Source: Podarcis melisellensis (Eukaryota). From it: a stretch of 64,000 nt of DNA. Below, piece after piece: positions 56,472-64,000 of the stretch; the first letter of the stretch is position 1; the number at the start of each line of letters is the position of its first letter. The notes below the pieces were generated by a model. It ran no database searches and was not told the DNA's origin. It was given only the letters and a program-made list of their open reading frames with translations. A program made the position numbers and the translations under genes. The stretch lies in NCBI GenBank assembly GCA_964234715.1, contig OZ174275.1; one strand, given 5' to 3'.

Positions 56472-59400
56472 CGAAGATGAATAAGGTTTTCTGAACCATT
56501 TTTATTCAGTTTTTGCTCTTACCTCCCAACCCAATCCACAGCTAAACCAACGGGACTGACCAGGTATCTCAGGTTCAAGTCAACTTCTTTCACGGGATTA
56601 TTTCCGCTGCTTTCAAATGTGGGGATATAGGCACGTTTGATGGAACCAAACTCTGAACCACGCCCCATAATGCTGTAGTATATGACACCTGTGGAAAGTT
56701 CAGAGATCACTTTCCTTTTTTCTGCCATTAGAAACAATTCATCATTTACTCAGGTCAAGGTCACTCAGTGCTTCTGTTGCACTGACGTTGAATCCCCTCA
56801 ACGTCAGAACAAGGTCTGCTCGTGTAACAGGACTTTCCATCCCTCCCCTTCTCATGTGTGCCCCCTAAATCTGCTCTGGAGGGTTGGGGGGGGGGAAACC
56901 AGGTTTAGGTGGGGGAATGGGAGGGGGCAAGCAGGGCAGAGAGAGGGGGGAAAGTCCTGTTGCACAAGTGGACCAAAGCTCCAGCTAACATACCCCAATT
57001 AGAGTACTGTTGAATTCCACCCATTACTTTTGTTCCTGAGGCCAGATAAAAAAAAAAAAGAACCTTTTTTAGTTAGCTGAGGGATAGCTGTAAAAATAAA
57101 TAAATTAAAAAATCAAATATACTCACTGAGGCCTATCCCCTCAGGATCCCAGTGATAGTCTATGGCTTGGATGTGCTCCTCATTTTCAATATAATCAGAA
57201 TACTGCTCAGATGACATATTATACCTTCGAATGCGGACGTTGTCAGGCAGGAGTAATATCGGTGGGTTACCTGAAAAGACAGTTAATACATTTTGACACT
57301 CTGGTGTTTAGCAATTATTTCCATCAGGGAATTCAGGGTAAATAACTAATGTGTCAAAGTTTCTGCGTCCATTTTGAAGAAAACATTTTTATCTGAAACT
57401 CTTGGACCACTTTGGACTGTAAAATTTAGAGGTTATTCTGCAAATATTCAATGTTTCCCCTGTTATGGATTTTAAATCCTTGCTATCCCCTAGTTATACT
57501 TGGTAGCATGTTTCTTCAAACCTTCTTCAAAGGTGAAGGGTGTCAGGATCCAAAACATTGTTTTTATATCAGTCACTTATGCAGACCTAATGAAATTGGA
57601 TGACCCATTTTATCCTAGAATAGCAGTCCCCTGTACAGTAACACAAACAGCTTTCAAAAGTTACATCAGTTTCAAAAGTACCTTGCCACATGGCACGAAG
57701 ATGCTAAAAAAACAGGGCACTATGGACAGGGCATTTTTTGAGTGGTGATGTCCTGACGGTAGAATAACCTCTAAGGAATGGCTGGCTGGCACCTATATTG
57801 TAATCTTTGAGACACCAGTTGAAATCCTGTTAACTATTTATTTATTTATTTTAGTAGTATTGTAGATCAGGGCAGCATTTCTCCCCTCTTTCCTGGTTTT
57901 TAAGCTGGTTTTTTGGGCATCATTTTTGTGTTTCCTGGGATGTGCTTCTAAGGATTTTCTTTCCTAAATTATCCTTTTTCATCAGTTATGAAAAATCCCT
58001 TGTGTGAGTCTTAACGGACTTGCTATATAAGCCTTCTGATTTTTCTTGATTGCAATTCTGGGCGGAAAAGATATAAAAATAACCTGGGTGGAGAAGTTAT
58101 AAAAAAATTAATCTGTTTTAACACACAACGAGGTCGAGAACTATTTATCATGCGTGTTAACCTGTCAGCCTCTGCTTCCTTTTCTTCTCTTCGTTAGAGG
58201 CAAGAGTCCACCTCCTCAAGTTCTATCACGCAAGGGATTCACTACAGTGGTGCCCCGCAAGACGAATGCCTCGCTAAAGGAAAAACCCGCAAGACGAAAG
58301 GGTTTTCCGATTTTTAGCAGCTTCGCAAGACGAATTTCCCTATGGGCTTGCTTCACAAGACGAAAGCCCATAGAGAAATCTCCGGGGACAGCGGGGAAGC
58401 GCAGCGCGCCTTCTCCTCTGTTCCCGGACCTGTCCTGAAGGCTTGCGGTGGGAGGAGGGTTTTTCCTCCCCACCGCCAACATTCAGAACAGCATTCTGAA
58501 TGTTGGCGATGGGGAGGAAAGCCCTCCTCCCACCGCCAGCCTTCAGGACAGGTCTGGGAACAGAGGGGAAGGCGCGCAGCACTTCTCTGTTCCCGGACCT
58601 GTCTTGAGGACTTGCGGTAGGAGGAAGGTTTTCCTCTGTTCCCGGACCTGTCTTGAAGACTTGCGGTGGGAGGAAGGTTTTCTTCCTCGCCGCCAACATT
58701 CAGAAGGCTGTTCTGAAGGCTGGCGGTGGGAAGAAAAGCCCTTCTCCCCCGCCAGCCTTCAGAAGAGTTCCCCCGCAGGGCTCTCCAAGCTGCGGATAGC
58801 AGCCTGCTGCCCCTATCCGCAGCTTGGAGAGCCCTGCGGGGAAGTCCTGCAGGGCTCCCCAAGCTGCGAATGTCTGCCCCGCGCGAGGGGCGCTCTTATT
58901 CAGAGCGCAGGCTGCTATCCGCAGCTTGTAGAGCCCTGCGGGGAAGTCCTGCAGGGCTCCCCAAGCTGCGCATGTCTGCCCCGCCGAGGGGCGCTCTTCT
59001 TCAGAGCGCAAGCTGCTATCCGCAGCTTGGAGAGCCCTGCGGGGAAGTCCTGCAGGGCTCCCCAAGCTGCGAATGTCTGACCCACGCGAGGGGCGCTCTG
59101 AAGAAGAGCACCCCTCGCGCGGGGCAGAAGGCTGCTATCCGCAGCTTGGAGAGCCCCGCGGGGAAGTCCCCGGACCTGGTCTGAAGGCGGTCTCCCTAGG
59201 AACGTATTAATTGATTTTCAATGCATTCCTATGGGAAACCGTGCTTCACAAGACGAAAAACTCGCAAGAAGAAAAAACTTGCGGAACGAATTAATTTCGT
59301 CTTGCGAGGCACCACTGTACTTTGTTTTGGCTTGCACCTAAACTTACAAAGGGTTAAACCATGGGCAGAAGAGGAACATACACTCAAGTCCTACCCAAGA

Positions 59401-60085
59401 AGCATGGGCTGCTCTTCAGATCCTCACATGATCAGAATGAAGAGCAGAAGGAGGTTTTTAAGCCTGCTTTGATTGAAGGTGCTTAGAAACTTGCCCCATG
59501 ATCAAGAGCCCTCACAAACCAGGGTTCCTGCTACTCACAGGGAGTATGAATGAATCATTCTCAGGGATGATTCAACCCCTGGCCAGCACTTTCTTGATCA
59601 CCTGCCCTCGGGCAGAAAATATAGAAGCATGATAAGTCGCACCAACAGGGTAAAGAACAGCTTCTATCTGTGGGCTGTTAGGCTGCTGAATGAAAAGATA
59701 ACAACGCAGCTGGCTTTTGGGTTTGGTGGGTGTGCGTCAGTAAATGAGGGGAATTAAGACTAAAAGAGCTGAGTGGGCGGTGCTCGTGTAATCTCACTGT
59801 ATACAAGTTGTACAAGTGACAATAAAATATTTCAATTTCTCAGCACCTTCTCCCTTGAAAACCCTCTTCAGACCTTCACACTAAACAGTGTGACAATCTG
59901 AAAAGCAACTCAGGGGCGGGGGAGACATTAGGGGTGGGGCTTACATGTACAACCCTGCCCCATCCACAGTTTAACCCAAGGGAATTCAACTGACTGGTCT
60001 TATAAAGGGTTTATCTTTTTTCTATCTATGCTCCACAGTCCATGAACCTATATTCAGGTAGGTACCATGTTGGTTTGACGCAGCA

Positions 60086-60118
<33 letters not shown>

Positions 60119-63100
60119 AGCTTTCGTGTGCATGCACACTTCATCTGTATCTGAAGAAGTGTGCATGCACATAAAAGCTTATACCAAGAAAAAACTTAGT
60201 TGGTCTCTAAGGTGCTAGTGGACAATTATTTTATTTTATTTTTATAGTCCATGCCAGTCTGTCAGCAAAGTGTCTTTGATTTATATCAATATAATCTGCC
60301 TTTAGAGAAATTACTACAGCTAATTTTCTCTTGATGACAACCAGCTACATCATGAACAGCCCTTTTGTTCTCTGGAAATCTGCAAGGCTATCTGCGAGGG
60401 CAAGAGACAGGACACTGAAGATGTCACAGATAAGTTCTGGTTTGTTTTCAGATTCAGCGGCGTAACAGCAGTCCAATGGTTTTACTGAGCCTTGCAATCA
60501 TGCTTCTACACAAATGAGTTGGGAAGAAGCGAGCAGAAGACAACAGACAGCAATGCAATGCAGCATGGTGGCCAAGAAAATAAGAAAGACTTGTTTCAGA
60601 ATAGACAGTTCATGGTGCTTAGTTTTAATTTAATTTGGCTCTAATGGAAATGCTGGCTGAGCTTACCACTGGCAGCACACTGGTCTCCCTGCTGATCCCC
60701 AACAGATCTGAATCCCTCTGCACAGAAACACTCGTAGCTTCCTTTGGAATTCTTACAAATCTGGGGGCATGTTCCAAAGATCTCACACTCGTCAATGTCT
60801 GAAGGCAAAGAGAAAGTATTATAAACTTAATGACAAAATAACTGCCTTGTTGTCGCAGCAAAGGCCTATATAATATCTCTCTCTTTTTATCACAGGAATG
60901 GGCCTCTTTAGCTTCTCTTGACTCTCTTTCTTGTCTCCCTTGCTTTGCTCAGGTCCTTTTCTTTTTAAGCCCAGGCACCCAGGTTCTGGGTCCATCCCTG
61001 CCCAATATTCAACTCTCTTGCCTTTTCTATTTCCTTTTTCCTTTTTACCATGGTCCATTCCAATTTTCTTCTTTCCTTTATCTTCTCCCTTCCTCTCATT
61101 TTATGAATATTCAGACTATGAGCTTACAAGAATGGAACCTGTTTTATCTTTTTGTGCATAACGCAACATTAAGAATAATGACAGCAGCGGTAGCCATACT
61201 GCGTGAGCCTGTAAAGACGTATGTGCACAGACATTTTATTCCATTCATTGTTCTTTGGATCCAATCCAATGCACTCTGCAAGCAGACACTGCTTTTCAGT
61301 GAGAAACTACAGCAGCCATTCCAAAGAAAATGAGTCTTCACAGGTTTGAAGAGGAAACCTACACCAGCGATTCATCACACAGAAAAGTATCACCCTAACT
61401 GGTTAGGCTCCGAAGAGCAACACAAGGGAGAGAGAAAAACAATGAGATCCAAGACAGGAAGGTGGTTAAGTTATCTAAAATGCTTTAGGGACCTGCAACT
61501 AAATGCTATGAGAAAAACAGGATTCCACATAAATAAACAAAACATCTCAGTGTGACGAGATGCTTAGAGAGCTGGCACAGAATGTTTTATCAGTGCCATA
61601 ATGAAAATTATGAGAGAGTTTATTAATTAAAGCTGAGCAATTTGGAGATAGAAATCTATTTCAAGATGAAAGGTACCATCACAGGTATTTCTGTTCAGTT
61701 CACTGGGGCTGTATCCAGGTCTGCAGGTACATATAAATCCCCCTTCGCTCAAGTTGGTACAGTTGTGTTCACAGATATTTTCAGCACAGGTCCTATCCGT
61801 TCCAGAATCTAAAGAACAAAACAAAACATAGGTTGCATTTTAATAAGAAATGAAACAAATTTCTCCCCCACCTCTGGTCCTTAATAATAATAATAATAAT
61901 AGATTCAGATCCTCAAAATGCATCTACTGAACTCCTGAAATTTCATTCCAAAGAAAATTTTTGTTTTTAGTTGCTGTTTTGAACTATTAAGGAACATTCC
62001 ATGGGCCTGATTTCCTCCACTGTTTAAAATTCTTTACAAATAAAGGCCGATAGGACCTCTCCTCCTTCACAGCTGGCCTAAGCAAAATATGCCAGTAATG
62101 TCCCTACTGCCAGTAATGTTGCTGGCAACCTTTTCTTCTGTGGGATTATGTGGGCTTTAGCTCACATGTTCTTTGAGTTGTGTCGTGGATGGAAGGGGTT
62201 CACCCAGCCCTTCAGCTACATTAGGACCATCACTGCAGTGAACATCAAAGAAGAGGGATGGAAATAGATGAGAAGGTGCAGGGAGCGAGGGAGGCATGCA
62301 CATCAGGTATCAAGTACAGAGGACTGGGGGAGGAAGAAGGCTGGATTTGCATTCCAGGATTTATTCTGTTCCCGAGGATTTCTCAACATTTCCCAATAAC
62401 ACGGGCACACGCAAAGCTCTCGCCTCAACACTGGTTTTCCTCCCCATAACAAACGTACAGTTTGAACTCAGTGCAAGCTACTGCGGTACTTACTGCAGCC
62501 TAATTCATCAAAGTGGTCCCCGCAATCGTCATAATTATCACATACGTAGTGTAGTGGGATGCAGTTTCCATTGCCACATTTGAATTCCTCAGTAGTGCAA
62601 GGCTTAGGAGTGGGTTCTCTGCCTGCATGAAGATAATGCACACACATACCTCCTCACACAAACATATATATCCCGTTTTATAGCATGCATATTGCAGACG
62701 TTGCTATACAAACTGTGCTAGGGCAACTTGGCCCAATCCCCTGTGGTGGGCTCCCACACACATCTCAGCTTTTGTCTTTCCAATACCGTTAAAGCTACCT
62801 GTCCAGTCTTGAGAGACGCTCACAGGGAAATTCCAGAGTTGGGCTTGATTTACTGTTAGGCTGAAGAGCACGCATACTGCCAGAGCTCAGTGTGCTCAGT
62901 CTCTGGCTGCTAAAGCCCCCCCACCCCGGCTTACAAAGCCTTTGCTCATCCGGGAGGTATTTCTCTCATGGTTGTGCAAAGCATCTGTTAGCCTAAGAAT
63001 CAGGCAACTCTTCCCCAGCTCAGATTTAATCTGAGCCACTAAAGAATCCAGGCGCTGTCAAAGCTTGTCTTTCGTTTCAGTTCCTCTCTCAGAGCTCACC

Positions 63101-63939
63101 TTACAGAACTTCAACAGCATCCCTATAGCTTACTTATTCATATCACACACATCTATAATGTCTGTATCTGAAATCACTGCCTTCCCACACTTTCCCCTCC
63201 TTTGATCCAGATATTTTTAGCATATCAGGGATACTCAGAAAATGAGAGGGAAAACTGAGGGAGTGGAAAGTATGAGAAAGTAGTGAACTAGAGGAGAATT
63301 TCATATAGACAACGGAGAATTCATGGAGGTACTAGCCACACTGAATGACAGTATGGATGAGCCCATGTTTCATTCATGGCTATAAAGGTCTACAGTATAT
63401 TCATACTACTGGTAGTGAATACAGTGGTACCTTGGTTTACAAACTTAATTCGTTCCGGAAGTCCATTCTTAAACCAAAGTGTTCTTAAATCAAGGCGTGC
63501 TTTCCCATAGCATCAGGGGACTCAATTTACACTCAACAGGAGGCAGAACATGTTCTGCTTCCAAGGCAAAGTTCACAAACCAAAACGCCTACTTCACTGT
63601 TCTTAGACCAAAGTACCACTGTAATTGGGGAATAATGACATATTTCTTGAAAAATACAAGCCACTGCGTGTTCTTTTTTATCTAGCTAACATGTTTGTGA
63701 ATTAAACATTAAAAACAGTAGGATCTAAGAGCAGCCTTAACCTAGAATTACTGTCGATCATCATTAGGCACATTCATCTCTTAATTCCCGAATGTTATGC
63801 ACATTGATAGACCTACAGTGCTCTTCTTTCTCATCGCTTCCATCTCCACAGTCGTCCTTTTGGTTGCACAGCTCATGGCTATAGATGCAGCGGTTGTTCC
63901 CACAGCGAAAACGGAACGGTTGTTCACACGCAATATCCA
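41643..63939 (-). CDS. LRP2: LRP2 (megalin), last 18 coding exons, about 778 C-terminal aa; gene continues right of the window
   Basis: LDL-A repeats, EGF repeats, YWTD propeller, TM helix ([23 protein letters not shown]), FENPMY, FENPIY, PPPSP, C-terminus [12 protein letters not shown]; all exons phase-consistent (2339 nt). Confidence 0.97.
42177..42297. mobile_element. 121-bp hAT hairpin MITE inserted into an older SINE remnant
   Basis: Near-perfect palindrome; 8-bp TSD ctccaagg (42169-42176, 42298-42305). Confidence 0.85.
43483..43554 (-). CDS. LRP2: LRP2 cytoplasmic exon with FENPIY
   Basis: 72 nt, [22 protein letters not shown]. Confidence 0.94.
43801..43957. other. Assembly gap (157 N) in an LRP2 intron
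   Basis: Run of N. Confidence 0.99.
43985..44145 (-). mobile_element. tRNA-derived MIR-like squamate SINE next to the assembly gap
   Basis: Minus strand GAGAGCCAGTGTGGTGTAGTGGTTAAGAG (A box) ... GGGTGACCTTGGGCCAGTCAC. Confidence 0.75.
44546..44653 (-). CDS. LRP2: LRP2 cytoplasmic exon with FENPVY
   Basis: 108 nt, caacAG|GTA ACA ... CCG|GTAATA, phase 0-0. Confidence 0.88.
44805..45360. mobile_element. Possible LTR-like element, boundaries uncertain
   Basis: Starts TGTCA, purine-rich GA body resembling the 7991-8425 element, AATAAA near 45219. Confidence 0.4.
45709..45819 (-). CDS. LRP2: LRP2 cytoplasmic exon with FENPMY
   Basis: 111 nt, [11 protein letters not shown]. Confidence 0.92.
47862..47991 (-). 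CDS. LRP2: LRP2 cytoplasmic exon ([14 protein letters not shown])
   Basis: 130 nt, AG/GTAAGA. Confidence 0.93.
48971..49091 (-). CDS. LRP2: LRP2 transmembrane exon
   Basis: 121 nt, hydrophobic helix then [13 protein letters not shown]. Confidence 0.93.
49246..49313 (-). CDS. LRP2: LRP2 exon ([11 protein letters not shown])
   Basis: 68 nt, AG/GTAAGC. Confidence 0.92.
50597..50687 (-). CDS. LRP2: LRP2 exon, EGF (CRCMYGGTC)
   Basis: 91 nt, after a 95-nt intron. Confidence 0.92.
50783..50902 (-). CDS. LRP2: LRP2 exon, EGF ([17 protein letters not shown])
   Basis: 120 nt, AG/GT. Confidence 0.94.
52497..52676 (-). CDS. LRP2: LRP2 exon ([16 protein letters not shown]); acceptor at 52676 or 52673
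   Basis: 180 or 177 nt, GAG/AAG tandem acceptor, donor G|GTAATG. Confidence 0.9.
53742..53962 (-). CDS. LRP2: LRP2 exon, YWTD/YWSD repeats
   Basis: 221 nt, MYWTDWG...IYWSD. Confidence 0.93.
55166..55294 (-). CDS. LRP2: LRP2 exon, YWTD repeat
   Basis: 129 nt, HLYWTDSG...AVNPKLG. Confidence 0.93.
56427..56470. repeat. (GT)n microsatellite; others at 3279-3306, 40396-40431, 47134-47158
   Basis: Direct inspection. Confidence 0.95.
56523..56688 (-). CDS. LRP2: LRP2 exon (GLAVDWVGR)
   Basis: 166 nt, AG/GTAAGA. Confidence 0.93.
57127..57270 (-). CDS. LRP2: LRP2 exon ([16 protein letters not shown])
   Basis: 144 nt, AG/GTGAGT. Confidence 0.93.
58245..59317. mobile_element. Tigger/pogo-like non-autonomous element expanded by internal GC-rich tandem and inverted repeats
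   Basis: TA-CAGTGGTGCCCCGCAAGACGAA ... TTCGTCTTGCGAGGCACCACTG-TA. Confidence 0.88.
59570..59830 (+). mobile_element. Rex1/Babar-type LINE 3' fragment
   Basis: [38 protein letters not shown], then GTGACAATAAA. Confidence 0.75.
60045..60245. mobile_element. Penelope-like element terminal remnant in inverted arrangement
   Basis: Inverted repeat 60115-60142 / 60156-60183, then TTAGTTGGTCTCTAAGGTGCTA; flanking duplication agtccatg. Confidence 0.7.
60667..60798 (-). CDS. LRP2: LRP2 exon, calcium-binding EGF ([15 protein letters not shown])
   Basis: 132 nt, AG/GTAAGC. Confidence 0.93.
61677..61808 (-). CDS. LRP2: LRP2 exon, EGF-like ([10 protein letters not shown])
   Basis: 132 nt, AG/GT. Confidence 0.92.
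62494..62622 (-). CDS. LRP2: LRP2 exon, LDL-A repeat ([17 protein letters not shown])
   Basis: 129 nt, AG/GTAAGT. Confidence 0.93.
63422..63621. mobile_element. Tigger/pogo-like MITE
   Basis: TA-CAGTGGTACCTTGG ... CCAAAGTACCACTG-TA. Confidence 0.8.
63817..63939 (-). CDS. LRP2: LRP2 exon, LDL-A repeat ([15 protein letters not shown])
   Basis: 123 nt, AG/GT, phase 1-1. Confidence 0.93.
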
Positions 63940-64000
63940 CTGAAATAAGACAGGCCAGTGATTTCTAACTTGATTTATAGGATACAAATATAAAAGCTTA

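Noticed and set aside
58800-59180. Repeat-and-spacer appearance resembling a CRISPR array
   Set aside because: Vertebrate intron, the intervening segments are themselves repeated, bounded by transposon TIRs, no cas genes
58154-59184. Many overlapping ORFs of 90-210 aa on both strands
   Set aside because: They arise from the GC-rich repetitive interior of a MITE; no domain features, repeated peptides in all frames

Overview
Vertebrate genomic DNA from a squamate reptile, probably a lacertid lizard (Sauria SINEs, BovB, CR1, L2, Rex1, Penelope and many hAT and Tc1/pogo MITEs). The window covers the conserved ABCB11-DHRS9-LRP2 block. (1) The 5' end of ABCB11/BSEP on the minus strand: probable non-coding exon 1, the 76-nt start-codon exon, a 22-nt micro-exon and a promoter with two FXR-type IR1 elements. 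None of this is in the ORF track. (2) A complete DHRS9 on the plus strand. (3) A second, intact DHRS9-like SDR9C retinol/sterol dehydrogenase gene in tandem, with the same 259/164-nt internal exons; I know of no counterpart at the human locus. (4) The last 18 coding exons and 3' UTR of LRP2/megalin on the minus strand, whose tail has three perfect FENPxY motifs. Exon boundaries were read by hand from splice signals and reading phase. Family and orthology calls come from remembered sequences, not database searches. There is a 157-N assembly gap at 43801-43957.
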